Positions 24,961 through 39,900 of a DNA stretch of 64,000 bases are shown here, piece by piece. A program made the position numbers and the translations under genes. Under the pieces are notes generated by a model. That model saw nothing but the letters and a program-made list of their open reading frames with translations, searched no databases and had not been told where the DNA came from. The DNA is from Tubiluchus corallicola (taxonomy: Eukaryota > Animalia > Priapulida), in the NCBI GenBank assembly GCA_030141605.1, contig JAQGDQ010000004.1, forward strand, positions 1,426,001 to 1,490,000. Reading direction: 5' to 3'. The stretch's first letter is position 1; every line of letters starts with the position of its first letter.

Positions 24961-27900
24961 CTGAAACAACAAAAACAGCAATGACAAATTATCTCTGGCA
25001 ATAAAATACAAAAAATCAAAGCAACTTGTAAAATTATTATACGATTATAACACCACTGAGTACTTTCTGTTGGTTTTATTTAAATACTACATTGTTTTTG
25101 AACAATTCATTTAAAAAGATGCAGAAATATGATGTCAAACTCAGTGCAGCCTTTCAATTAGCACTTCAATAAGAACTGAAAGTTTACAGTAGAAGAAAAT
25201 CTATCACGCTTTTCAGCCTTTCTTATTTTTCCATAATGTGGCAAATTTGCTAGATGAGTTAGCAAGTAATACATCAAAATAAATACACAATGAGAGACTT
25301 TCTCAACCCAGAAGCTTAATCAATGCTATTACTACATTAGCATTTTTCATGGTCTTAAGACAGTAACAACTAAATCTGCCTCTTTAAAATCACACAAACT
25401 AACCCCCTTTCTTTGAATGTTAAATAATTTGGTTGGGAAGATCAGATTACCTCATCTTTAGAAAGATTGTCAAACTCTGCAGCTAAAGACATCTCCATGC
25501 CTTTTAGAAGCTGATGCCCCTGCTCGACACCATGATTTAAAAACTGCATTTGAAGTTCATCATTTGATTCTTTTAGCTGTCGATTTTCCTAAACGAAGAG
25601 CAGATTAGTAAATTTAAACTTAATGCTAATTAAGATTAAACATGACGTGCCAAAAATTTGTTATTTGGCAGCAGTTTTCATTGTTGATATAAATACAGTT
25701 TCTAGAAAATTTGGGCAATTGGGTATCAAAAAAGAAATTTATAATGCATCATATCATGTTTAGTTACAAAATTAAAAATTTGGTAAGTACTAAAAAACTA
25801 CTAACAATAAAACACAGTATTTTTCTTTAACAATGAACTCGTTGCCACCCACAGATTTTATTATTTGTGGTCATTTTGCTTTGGAAGCAAACATCTACCA
25901 GAGATTTTGTCAACAAGGCAGCAAACAAGATGTGCTCAATGCATATTAAATACCATTACTTTTGTACCAGTTTATTTTATCTTTATTATAAATAAACTTT
26001 TCAAAAAAAAGTGTTACACTCTATGTTCTCTTGGGTTTTAACATCAAGGCCGCAATCACGATTAACAGCTTTCCTTGACCAGCTGAAATAACTGAGCTTA
26101 CGTGTTTAAAATGTCTAAGTTGGTCTTCGAGTTCCTGAAGTCGTTTGGCAATTTCCAATTGTTTACCGCGTAATCCAGATGTTCGAGCTTTACGCATTTC
26201 ATCCAGCTCTGCTTGCATGTCTTCCATTAGCTGAACAAAAAACAATCATTATTAATATTACTACACAAGTAAAATGAAATTGGAAATTATTGTTATTGAT
26301 TATTCAATTTCATGCGTGTAAAAACATTATTGTTTCTAAAGTTAAACAAAATACCTACTAGTGCTCGAATATTCATCTGCTTAAATTTGCACTATAAAAT
26401 TTCCAGATGGACATCTGGGGAATATATATGCATGAGAGGTTAAAGAATTAATTGTTAAAACAAAAATCAAGAATGCATGGAGTGACAAAAATCACATCAC
26501 TACTCCTGGCAGTAAAACGCCCTCTAAATATCTTTATAAAATATACTTCAAATGGTGGTATATGTGCTATTTTTAAGAAAGGGATAAAAGTATAGTATTT
26601 TTTGGCATAATTTCAAAAGGTTGAACTTTCCTAAAACCATTAGCCTAAAATTTCGGAATGAAATTCTACTACCTAAAGTTACAGAAGATGATTCGTACTC
26701 ATGCTGTCAAATCTAATATCTACAAAAATTTGCTTACTTTAATGTAGGAACATTACTATGGTGCTATCTGTTAGTCACTTTGTTAATCATTCAAATACAA
26801 GTACTTGAAAAGATTTCAACAATAAATTTTTATACATTGGCAGTCAAGTGCTTAATTGTCCAATATTCACCTATACACATGTACATGGAAAAATGAAATC
26901 ATAAAATATGGACATCCTGCATTATAAAGTAACACCTATGTGTCATATGGGTGTTCAAAAAGACAAACAGCCCTATTCTGCCTTTAAAACATGCTTGCTA
27001 AAATCTTCTAGCTGATAAGCAATTGCACTCCAAAAAGCAACATACTGGTTGCACAGCTCCCTAGTGAGTTCAAAAAATTGCTTATTTACACCCAACAAAA
27101 TTCACAATTATGACTGCTGCAAACTTGGCATACAGTTTGCATCCGTTAAACAAAATTCCTGAATGATCATAAATACTTGTGTGTGAGCTTGTTCAGAGGC
27201 ACGGATCTCTTTCTGCTGCATATTACACCTCTCCTGTAATCGTTTATGCTCCTCCTGTAGATTACACAGGTTAAACTCGGCTTCTGAATGCTTGTCAGTT
27301 ATCAGATATTTTTCCTGCTTTGCCTTTTCTAATTGATGCCTCAGCTGAGGTAGCTCCTCTTTTAGGTTGGCATACTCCACTTCTAGGTTCTCTAATCTAA
27401 GAAGTAACAATTAAAGTAGATTATATGAATGAATCACGTATGAATTATATATGAAGTATGAATTATATGCACGACTAGAGTATTTTCCAAAAGTCCACAT
27501 CACATTTTTGCGAGATTATAATTAACTTGTGCTTTAGATTAGAGTTAGAAAATAATTAGAGTTGGTTTTTACACGATAAAGCACTAGTAAAATTCCTACG
27601 TGAATAGTTAAAAAAAGGCAAGTAGGAGTTGACCTTTGTGTTTATTTTTTAACATCTCAAAGCTGCAGCTTTGACAGAGACCGGTAACTTTATATATCTA
27701 GGATAATTGAACATTTTGTTAAATTTTCCAAGACTTCAGATAATTATATCCTAGTTAAATGTGAAAGATGAAAAAAGCTATAAACACAACATAAACAAAA
27801 TTATAGACACTTTTTACTTTATGGCGCAATTGTGTGGAAACAAAAAAATAAAAGGAAAAGCAAATACATGAATTTTGGCTTTATCAAACAAACGTTTTCG

Positions 27901-30900
27901 GCGAGCTAGTTTTTCAAGACAGCTAGTTAACGTAAAAAAAGGAACAGCTTGATACTTACTTATACTTTAAATTCTCTATCTCTTGATTTTTTTCTCGCTC
28001 TATTTTATTCTAGAAAAAATTAAATAATTCAATATTAGAATATTTTAGTGGGATCTTGCTGAAAATTCAAATTTCAAGATATTCCACATAAAACAGCTGA
28101 CAAACATTAAAAAGTAACACACAGTAAAACTTAAAAGAATAATTTGGGCTACAATTAATACAGGATTAATAAAACCTTAACAAAAACTAATATTTTCTAG
28201 AAGGTTGAAAAATGCATGAAAGTACCAGTTGTTCCCTAAAGCGTCGCTCCTCTTCCTGCAAACATTTTTCAGATTTTATTTCCGCATCTCTAAGTTGTTC
28301 TTCCAACATATGTACCCTAGTAGATGAAGAACGATAGTAAATTTTCAACAACAGTCCAAAACACATGGTACACCTTGGCAAATTGTTTGATTACACTGTT
28401 ACCTTGGCTACTTGCCTATTGACCAGCCCTATCATTATTAAACTAGATGCTGGATAAGCAGGTGAAGGAAATTGCTTGCAAATACCTGCTTATTTTAAAT
28501 GACACACATGTGGCATAGAAAACTGTGATAACACCTGTTTAAGGTGTTTATATAGATAAACAACTACATAATTTAATATCTTGAAAACAAAATGGCAATA
28601 ATAGGGTGTAAGCACTTAGCAACATAATGCATCATTAGCCTCTGCATCAATGCACATTTGCAGATGACTCAGCTCTGTTGTTTCTAGAGTTTGTCATTCA
28701 CAGTTGGGTGCCTTAGGTATAAAGCAGTCCATAAGTATCAGATAAAAGTACAAGTTACACAAAAGGTAGAACAATGCACTATTCTCTTTAACACTATTAT
28801 TAAGAGCTGAAAGATTTCTAGGACCAGATTAAGACAAGTTGTATGCATACATTAAGCTTTGAATTTCGACTTATAAAGCAGAAACTTGCGAAACAACAAG
28901 AAATAAAATGCCGAAAATTCGAAATAGAAAATTTTCTGCTTCTAAATAATGAAACTAGTTGAAACCACATGTTAAACGTTTTGTGTTTTAAATTAGCCAA
29001 GTAGCTCAAAAAAATTCAGGTAACACAGTGAAATTAATTTTTTTTAACTGATTCTCCTTAAAATAGCCATAAGTAACATACTTGTTTAAAAACTTAAATA
29101 GCGCATCAATGCATTTTTTTAAACTGGTGGTAAGTGCAAAGTGTTGCAGTTTAATGAGTCACTGGGAAGCAAATGTATAACATACAATGCAGTCTTGAGT
29201 CAGTAAGTAACTTACTGACTGTTTTTTTACTTATTGAGCAATATTAATTATCCATGCAGGTTACGTAAAAATACATGTATTTGAAAAAAATCCATCACAC
29301 ATCATGAGCAAATGTAAATTATGCAAACCAACCATTAAACAAAAACTAACTAAAATTTCCAGCATGTTTTCCATCTGATTTTCTGTGTTCTTTATCATTC
29401 AATAATCTAATTAATATTGTAAAGGTGATGTATAATATCTATCATTTTTACATTATTTTTCAATATATTGTTCTTCTAGTCAATCTGAAACCATTTGCTC
29501 TTTGCTGCTGGTATTAAATTGCTACATCTTAATTTTTTAAATTTACTTCCCAGTTTTAAAGAGAGTTTTGTTCACTGTTCTTCGAGTGGCAGTTAGCACA
29601 CATATTTATAATTCACTACAAGCATGAAATTATCACTTAAAGCTAGTAATAGTGCTAAAAAACCAGGTATTAAAACACTATAGTGGCCAGTGTGGCTGCA
29701 GTTGTGATCAATGCCATCTTAGGCTAAATGGAAATTTCAACTATAAAATGGGAATGGCAATAACTAATGTGTTAATTTTTCAAAACTTAACAATATGCAT
29801 AAAAATAAACAATAATGCACAATTACTGTTTGATTCAGACCAAGCCAGGAGGATAGCTTACCAATTTCAATAAGAGATTAGTTCTTGATCGTGAATGGAC
29901 TTACTGAACTAAACAAATACCACAAATTTAAACAGCCTAAATTAAACAAACCACCTTGTTACTACACAGTTTTGTTGTAGTTACAAAAGTTGTCTAACCA
30001 CTAGTGCCGAGCAAATACACAATCTCTGGGGATAACAAATAAATACTCGGTCAACTTTCACCATTTACAAAAAATTGTGAAACATTCAAAAACTGTAATC
30101 GAATTAAAAAAGGATGAACTTTGCAAAATGGCAAGAAATGGAAAATTTGATAGATAATACTTGCCGAGCATGCAGTGCAGCATTTTCTTGCTTGAGTTTA
30201 CTTTTAACTTCATCAGTGTTTACTTGATGTTCGGCAAGCATATTCACTTGTTTCTGAAGTGTGTTCACCTAGATAACAAAAAATCTCTTAAAATTTCCCA
30301 TTTTTTTAAATGATACTACAATCAATTTTTCTTCTAATAATTTGCCTCTAGTAGACATAATTTAAGTATGAAGTCACTTTTTATGTACTTTTTAAAATAC
30401 AATAAATTAACAAAAAATGACATTAACTTTTTCCTTCTTATTTAAAAACTTTCAGCGATCATAATAACTTCTGGAACTGTACATAATATAGGTAAAATAT
30501 ACTGCACTACCTCGTAGCAAAAATTTGAAAGTGTTATAATCACGAGTTTGTTTAAAACCATAAGTACAGAAAAACTAACACCTTTGCTAGGTCAGTAAGG
30601 TGTAATGACACTACAGCAATTAGATGTTAATATCTAGCCATTAAAACCTGTTTAACAAGTTAATAATTACTTTGGAATTGAGATCATGAACATCTTCTAC
30701 GATTTCCTCTGCAAACATTTCATCAGATGCGCAGCTGCTATGACGACTGCTGCCATAGCTACGATTAGAGTGACTAGACGAATTTCCTGCTTTGTACAAC
30801 TGACTACAATTTAGAAAAATACTCATTATTATTGTATTTTGACCTATCATTAAACCTTTTAAACTATATAATTCAGAAAAGCAAAAGTTCGTACAGTGCA

Positions 30901-33900
30901 CAGCGGACAAAATTATAGGTGTTATTCGGAGAGAGAGAGAGAGAACAGTACTTGTAAAAATACAAACTTTATTTGCATTTGCAGACAAAAGTGCATTTAG
31001 CACTGACAGAAAATGTTTACAAGGGGACAAGAACAGGTGGCTATCGTGTTTGAATTCCCAGGAAATTAAGCAATGCACTCAAATATATTATAACCAGGGA
31101 GTAAACTGAACTTCAAAAGTAATCATATTTGAGACAGTATTGTCTTGTATTGTGCATAACTTAGTAAAAAGCAACTTGCTGCTGTATGGCATATTATAGA
31201 AATTATGCTTAGTTGAAATCTCGAAAATGTACGTACAGTAAGTCCACGCTTAATGACTCCCCATTAAGCGACTCTTCCTTTTAACGACATTAAACATTTC
31301 ACACCTTTATCTGACTTAACGATGCACGTTTTCGTTTTAACGACAAATTTTTTACTTTGGTCAAAGCAATTTTTATTTTATCAACAATTTTTTCTAATTT
31401 GAAGCATTAAAATGGTACTTTTTGTGTTAATCTGTTCTAAAAATGCACTAGGAGCGGAGATAGTACAATTATTTATGTTTTTACTTCCCAAATGACTGCT
31501 AAAACTTAATGATAGCCATTTGTATCACACAAAACATATTTGTAATTATATACATCCAAGCACCTGTGTGTATACTAAGTCTCTAACCTATTGCTATAGC
31601 AACAAGTATCTGGACGAAATTCTCCCAATGCAGTGTTTAACCACTAACTGCATAGGACATCAACGTTAAGGAAAGAAAAACTGCTAACTAAGTAGTGGTA
31701 AGAAAGATAGATGGCTTCAAACAAACAGAAAGAAATTAATCAGTAGAAATATGAACATTTAATTTATATGGTTTAAGCAGCATTGACAATTGCCTCTGGA
31801 ACTTATCTCAATTCTTTTACATTACTTTCTATGGAAGTCGTGGCTTCAGTTAACGTTTCGCTTATCGTTGTATTTTGCTGGAATGCATTAGTGTCGTTAA
31901 GTGAAGACTTAATGTATGGCAAAATTGATGGGTACATAAATGAAAGAGGAACAATCAATGACAAAAGATAAATCTGATTTTTCTCCTCTCTTTATTGCTT
32001 ACATAATCATACTATAATACTTCACTCACAATACTGTTATTTATTTAGTTAGTGCTGGATTACAACAGTCAAAAGTAACATGTAAATAACAGCAGCACTG
32101 AAATGAGCCGGAAGCTTTCATGCCAACAACTTGACAACACTGACAAAAAGTTAATAACGTAATAAGTAGGTGAAGTTTCACAACTCAGTGTTAAAATGCC
32201 TTTGACAAATGCTGTCAAAGTGTCAGTTAAGTCTGTAATTACGTAGTTGAAAGAAGTAAAAGAAAAGCAAACTAGTCTACCACTTACCTAGCTAATGCAT
32301 TTGAGGACAACCTTGCTTTCGCAGGACTGAAAAAAGTAATTTTTATATACTTCAACCCAACCAGAACTCAATAGCAGTGCTAATATTGGTGCTCAATATA
32401 ACTCACATTTTATATGCTTTAACAAATGCCTTTTAGAATGACACTTTCTATTGTGCTCTCAAGGTCTAGTCAATTAATTTAAATTGTTTTTAGTTTTGCT
32501 GAAATCTTTCCATGCTATTACATTAGAAAACCTTGGAAGCCAATTTTAGTTCACAATTAGGTGATGTTCACTTTACAATGTTTTTACATGCACATAAGTT
32601 GAAATGTCAATCAACACAACAAAATAGTTTTTAATTTATAAGTATACAAGGTCAGCACTTTGCAGTGAGGTTGAATTATATGATGAAGAGGGCTCACTAC
32701 TAATTAATGACAATGACTAATGGGTAAATAGGGATTAAATACCACCATTGTCTCCACAGTAAAATTAGAACAACTGTACAGCTCAACTAGAAAGCAAAGT
32801 GAAAAGGGTAAGAAAGTTGGACATTTCAAGTGAAAATAATATTTGCAGTACAAAAGCATGACTCTACAAAAGTGTGAAAATAGCTGAAACACCAGTTTAA
32901 TGATGATGATGGTGATGCACAAATAACTCAGCCAGAAAGAAATCTTTATAAAGAAACAGACAGGTAGTTCAATAATAAATGGTTGAACAGGTTAAAAAAG
33001 GTAAATAGGTAGTTTACTTGGAACAGAAATAAATGAGGGAGGCTAGAATTGGATAAGTAATTCAGCTGAAACTGATCTATAAAGGCTAAACAAATGAAAA
33101 GTATCGCCGCACACTTCAAGTAGACAATAATAAAGTTCACAGTGAAAAGAAGTTTTAGCACCTCACTTGAAAAATGCTCATATGGAGTAACAGTACAATA
33201 GGCAATGCAAAACGTGCAAAATAAAACTAAATAATAAGTAATACATCTGCATGCTGTACTAAATCTGATGTAAATATTTAGCATAAACAAATAAATGATA
33301 ATGTATACAATATGTTAATTCTATAATGCATATAACGTAGAGCTTCATTTATAAAAAAGTATGGACAACTACTCATGGGGGCAGCTGATGACTAATTTAT
33401 AGAAAAAAATTAAGCAACACTACTAGCGAAACCATGCTTCACACTTACATGGCTAAACAGAATGTCCTTTGTTCACTTGAAAAAAATGGAGAGATATATT
33501 CAAATGGACATTTGGAAATATTACTAAAGATTGGTTTCTAGAGATCTATTAAGCCTGAGTTATCTAAATATCTTATTTCAAAATTTCAGAATCTTTAATA
33601 TCCTGCAGGGTTTTCAGCTAAAGAGTATTAAAGCAAGAACTAAAATACCCTATTTTAAAACTGATTATCATAGGCAAGTCTACTCTAAAGCTACTGGCTT
33701 GCAATTAAAATGAATGACTGTTCATTAAATCTCTGCATGAACTAAAATACCCTATTTTAAAACTGATTATCATAGGCAAGTCTACTCTAAAGCTACTGGC
33801 TTGCAACTAAAATGAATGACTGTTCATTAAATCTCTGCATAATACAAGCGTAATGAATTACAAAAATATAAGTGCGTTAATGCACTATATTTAATTTACA

Positions 33901-36900
33901 TCTAAACATAAAAGCTTTATGTATTCAATATACCTTGGGGTATGGCGTTTTCGACGGCTCCAAGACCCTCTTCTAGTCTGTAAGCCTTTCCTGTTATTGC
34001 TACATAGTTATAGAGAACAGAAAATGTAAGTTTGAAAGCTCACAATAAACAAGTACTGTTAATACCCACTACAACAGGCAACGAACAATGGTTAGTTTTG
34101 TTACTCAACAGCATTTTGTTACAATGAGATTGACGGCTACAATCCCTTAAGTAGTTACATAGTATTTACATGCAAGTAACAGCAACAGTTAGTAAACCGG
34201 CACAGTATCTTACACATGAAGTGAGCTTAAATGTAAATAAGCTCCATTGTTAATGAGAGCTGCTTCAATGAAATGCAACAAGAAAGATCTTAAGCTTTGA
34301 AAGGCTGAAACGCATTAACTCATGAGCAAAATTTTCAGGTTACGTACCTGTTGTAGTGATGTAAATGACTTAAATCTTCATCTAAAAGATTAACAGGTTT
34401 GTAAGTTGAATGTCGATCATAATCAGCCTCAGTTAGACTTTCTTCATGCTCACCATAATCCTCGTATTGGTCTTCGTCAGTGAGATCAGACTCTGGCCTA
34501 AAACAGTCACGTTCACAACAATACTTAATTGCATAATTAATGAATCTATGCAACCATTTAGAACTTTTGTTGTTCAACATAAGTCAACATCTGCAAAATA
34601 TCTTTAATAAACCTTTTTATTATTGACAGCAAATAATTTTCAATTTAAAAGCAGTATGTGTGCAAAATAGGCAAGCAGAATACCTAATTTATTATGACCA
34701 GTTAATATCGATTACCATGCCAAACTGAGCACTATGCCCCACCTGCTATAATGGTCGAATTCTATAAGATCATGCGCATTTGGTGAGTCGTTTCCAGCAT
34801 TCGAGGATGACATAAATGCACTGTCTGTCTCTTCGTCTGCACCTCTCGTCTGCACACTGTCAAATATCCGAGTTACATTGCTAATGTAGTCAAGATCATT
34901 GGCAATATTGTCCTCCTGATCATTCATAGTATGATAACCAGCACTAGTTATACTTATTGATGCCGATTCCACTTCCTGTGAATAAATATGTGAGTAAAAA
35001 ACTGGAATAGACAGTTTAGTATTAAAATACTTGCATTCCTTTATTGCCTAGTTAATTCTATAGCTGTGTCATGTCAATGAGCTTTAACAATGTTATCTGC
35101 CAATTCAGCAGTTATGCGACAGCTACAATTAGACTATCATTAAGAACAAGCTCCAGAAAATTTGACATGTGTACAACTTTACCAATGTGCATAATCAACT
35201 TTGCAAATGGTCAAATTGAATTTATGAGGCAGATTCTAGTGAAATTTTTTTTTTAATAAATCCTTTTGACCATAGAACAAATTTATCCAACTCAATACTT
35301 TACCATGTTTTGTAACATTGGCAGAACTGAAAGAATATCTACTTGACTACTAGATATAACAAACAGAATGATCACACATCTTGCCGGCAAGTTATAAACA
35401 CCATCTTGGTAGTAATGTTCTTTAAATTTGTCTCAGCAGTCTGAATAATAATGGTGCCAAATGGTAAGCCTGCCCATGATATTACAGGTCACAGAAAAGA
35501 CTCACCCACAATTCATTACCAAATCAGGAAGTGACACTAATCGAACCAGCCCAGTCGCAAAATAATAAAATTATATGGTGTTATTGATATATCTACACCA
35601 TTATCTATGTACGTAATAAATAAAACGAGATTACCGATAAAGGTGATAAATGTGCCAAATAGCACAAAACGTAGCAGCTGAAAACCAGCTCACATATAAA
35701 TGATTACATCATCAACAAATAAACGATAATGCGTTTAACAACAATGGCGGTGATAATCACAGGAAAGAAGGAGAGTAATTACTAATGACTGACCTCAATC
35801 CACGGATAATGCTGTAGAATAATGCCTTTTTTGTACAGAGAAACTGGCTGGCGTGGTTGACTGGGGCAAATTAATTGTACAGCCTAGTTTTGGTAGCTTT
35901 TTATTTTAAGGTCAAAACTTTCACATGTACAGCGATGAAATGTGACAGCTTTTAGTTGCAAGAACATGTACTTATTATTAGTCATTAACTGTCAAAGAAA
36001 AATTCAGGTTCAATTTAATTCTTATCACAAAGGCACATAAAATAACAAAATAAAAATGGTTTAAATTGTCAGCATAATGCATTATAGAAATAATGGAAAC
36101 ATATGATGGACTTTTTAGCTTTTTTTTTACTAGGTAGGTTACATTTTTAAGTGAAATGCCACTAACAGGGCTGATTCTTTGACTAGTGTTTTTTTCATAA
36201 CATGATAAATGAAAACTGCGGTGACAACAAATGACAGTCGCTATGAAGTCTTACAACAGAATTATTGTCTCTAATCAGAAATCGATTACGATTAGCCACA
36301 AAAGACACTGACTAACTGTTCCAACCTTTTGGTTTTATTCAAAGGAAGTTATTTTTCTAAAGTAATCTAAATGGAAATGTTTGTTCAGTCAGACGTGTTA
36401 AACAATAATGCTACATCTTATAAAACAGAACTGAATATAGTTTTATTTACAGGATTCATTGATACTTGATATTCTGCAGTAAATACATTACATATCATAT
36501 CATAATTAGGATGCTGTTAAGACAACAGCGCACAATAATTCCATTAAAAAACAAAATGTGCTGAACTTTTACACAACAGTAAGTTTATTACGTCTCCTGA
36601 AAGAGGACTTATTAAGTTTCAGGGTCTTCGTACCTCGAGTTCATGGTTTACCGGTTAGTAAACAATCATTACTTTATAGGACAGCCAGTTATAACAACAC
36701 TTGCGATTTTCGGTTTATCTTATATTAGTTTCACCCTCTGCATGTGGTAAGTGCTAACAATGGTATCTCTGTGCAGGCCACTGCAGAAATCACAAAGGAC
36801 AAAGTTTACTGCTACTGGAAATGGTGGTTACAGTTTAGTAGCGGCGTTACTGCAGCGTGCGGCTCAAGACAGGTCCAGGAAAATCGCAAAGGAACATAAT

Positions 36901-39900
36901 TTGTTGGACAACGTTAGACTCCAACATCAGGCTCGATGTTTTCATTTTTTAGATTGTTCATTAAACTTTATTTCAAATTCTTTGAAAATCAATTAAATTT
37001 GGAGCGATTAGCCTATAAAGCAAATGGTACAATACAAATTGATTCTAATGTAAACGCTAAAATTTCTTAAAAAGCAAAACATTTTCCCACACAAATTTAA
37101 CAAGATTGACCTCTAAAACAGAATTGGGTGTAAAACTTATTTATCAACATTGTCTTTGAAAAAAACGAGGGTTTTATATCTTGCAACTAAAAACGCAACC
37201 ACGATTTTTCTGTTAAAAATATTTCTGGGAAATACTTTTTCTGTGAGACACACACACACACAGATGTATAGATAGATAGATCTGTACGCACTCAAATTGT
37301 TTTTTTGGTTATTCAAAGTAGAAGTCAGTTGCATTATGTGCGTGAAAAGGTTTAGGTGTATATATATATACATACAAGATTAAATTTGCATTAAAAGTGG
37401 CATTGTCATGGCATGTTTATTAATTAAGCACAACAGAACTGACTCAAAAACATACCTAGTGATTCATTTGTAATGATTTATGTATAACTAACTCATAAAC
37501 ATACCTGATGTGCAGGGGGCACATGTCTACTTATTATATAACCAGCAATATAACACAGAACCGAGTAAACTGATGTCATGAAATGTGGCATTGGTTCGTA
37601 ATTACCTTAACTTAAGTTACAAACTTACTGGTTGTCCCGAGTCGATACAACCTCATTTATTTGCTCACAAAAAGTCGATTCCTGATTTCAGTTAAAGATC
37701 GGGATGAAAAGACACTAATTTGAAGGTCCAAATATAGGACAACGCTTCAGCTTTTTTTGAAAAGTTGATTAAAAATTAGTTCCGTTTTTGTGTGTCCTGT
37801 GTGTCCATTTACAAGTGAAAAATGCAGTAACACTACAACCAATAAGATAGAGCTGCCCTTCCAGTACATTATTATTTAATTCAGTTAGCATGAAACCTGT
37901 TAAGCAGGTACAATTCACCTGTAATAGCGCACGGGGTAATAATATATAACAAAGACAGATTCATAGCTAGATGTCTGCTTCCTGTACTTTTAATATCATG
38001 CCCTGATGCTTGGCTAGTGAAGTGATGGTGAAAACGGCATTAGTATTCAATACAACACGGTTGACGAGTCGATATAATCTCCTTAATTATAAAGAAGTAT
38101 ACAGGCGACCAAATCGAATAAACAAACAATGAATAAGCAAAAAATTATTAGATGACAATGCAGAATTCGATATTCACGGACATGTTACTGCAGTACCTGC
38201 GCAGCTTCCTCAACAGACAATAATCACTAATTAAATATTTGCTTGCTATGAATCCACATTACGTCGTGTCACCGACAATATTTACACAATTACATAAATG
38301 CAGTACGTGTTTTTAAATAGTGATACACCCATGGATCTCGCAACAGGAATCTATTATTACCTGCCCTAGTAATCTGATATGCGGGATGCAGCAGACTGAC
38401 AAACAGTGTGCTGCGTAATGGATATGTGTATGACCCTGACCTGGCTAAGTACACAGTCGTATTGTGTGATCAGCGGATTACTACTGTTTGTAACCAGCAA
38501 CGAATTCAGCTTAGGTCTACCAAGACTGAACTGTTTATAGAAAACAGGTAAACTTTTGGTTAGGAATAATAATTAAAATTTTAGGTCAAATTCTTGAAAA
38601 ACATAAAGAAATCGCAGATAGAATATGTAAAAATTTTACCAGCAATTCAGCAGGATGACGTCATACAGTGTCATTGTTTAATATGCTTAAAACTATTTAA
38701 GTTGGACTGATTTGGAAATAGTGATCTGATCCCTATATAAAACAATAAGCAAACTAAGCATAATGATTACTCACATAACACAGATATACATTATTCTAAA
38801 ATTATTCTAGAATTCTTCAAGTTGCTTCTTGTTCTCCATGAAATACACTTAGATATGTTCCCTAAGTTAGGCTTGTCTAGTGAGAAATTTAAAAGGAAAT
38901 CAGAAAGCTTAAAAATGTATAATGTTTCCAGGACTCTTGTGGAGCATTCCTGCAAATAAACAGGTAGAGAGCTTTCCTGGCTCTCTTATTTTCCTTATCA
39001 GTGCTTTCATGGCTTCTGTCTCCCACTCTGCCCTGCTTTTAAAAGCCTTGGAAGAAAGCTCACTTTTAGCTTTCTCCAATCTCTAGCACAACTGGATCAA
39101 TGGATCTCACACAATATATTATACTGTCTTCTCATTTTATTAGACTTACCATGTGAAACACAAAATTCATACATTTTGTACAACTTGTTATCAAATTTTT
39201 GTAGACCTAGTCCCATTTTGATGATGAAGCAATTAATATATATATATATGACATATCCTTTATAGACAAAAACCTACAAACTACTAAGACACATATGTAT
39301 AACAATATATAATCAAATACATACATATATATTTAGTTGATATATACAATCTACCAATGATATCAAACCATTATTCGCTCAAGTCCTTAAAGCACAAACA
39401 AGGTGCAGTGCTTAATCAACACAAGGATTTTTACTCTTTAAGCACATAAACTTGACAAACCAGGACACCTCCCAAATTAATCATCGTTAACCAAACACAA
39501 TAGGCTTGCCAAGGTTAGTATTAAGTGCCCTTCTTACGTAACAAATTGTTTGTGATTTAAAAGTTAAATGCAGTTCCTGTGTTTGCACTGCGAGCAAACA
39601 ACACTAGTAAACAAAAACTGTTAATTTCAACTTCAAAGCGTGTTTAAGGCACAGTTTAGCATTTGTGCAATTAATTTGCTCAAACAAATGTGACATTCTG
39701 AATGACAAAAAAAATTAACCCCCAAAAATTTGCAACTTACAATAAAGTAAAATGCACCATTTTAGACACAAAATTCTGGAGAAACTTAATATTTTCAAGG
39801 CAGCCGTACAACTCAAATTTACAATTACATTTATGAGTTATTAATGTCTATTTAGGCTATTAGACCTTGTCTACATGCATGTTCCAATTGTCAATGTATT

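Noticed and set aside
31236-31350. TA|CAGTA pogo/Tigger-like terminus
   Set aside because: No matching second TIR found by eye; too weak to call
31804-31910. Open minus-strand frame [11 protein letters not shown]...VKELR* inside a FIP intron
   Set aside because: No convincing acceptor/donor pair, and the flanking exons already join in frame
33380-33410. CTGATGA...GAAA hammerhead-like core
   Set aside because: No flanking helices can be formed
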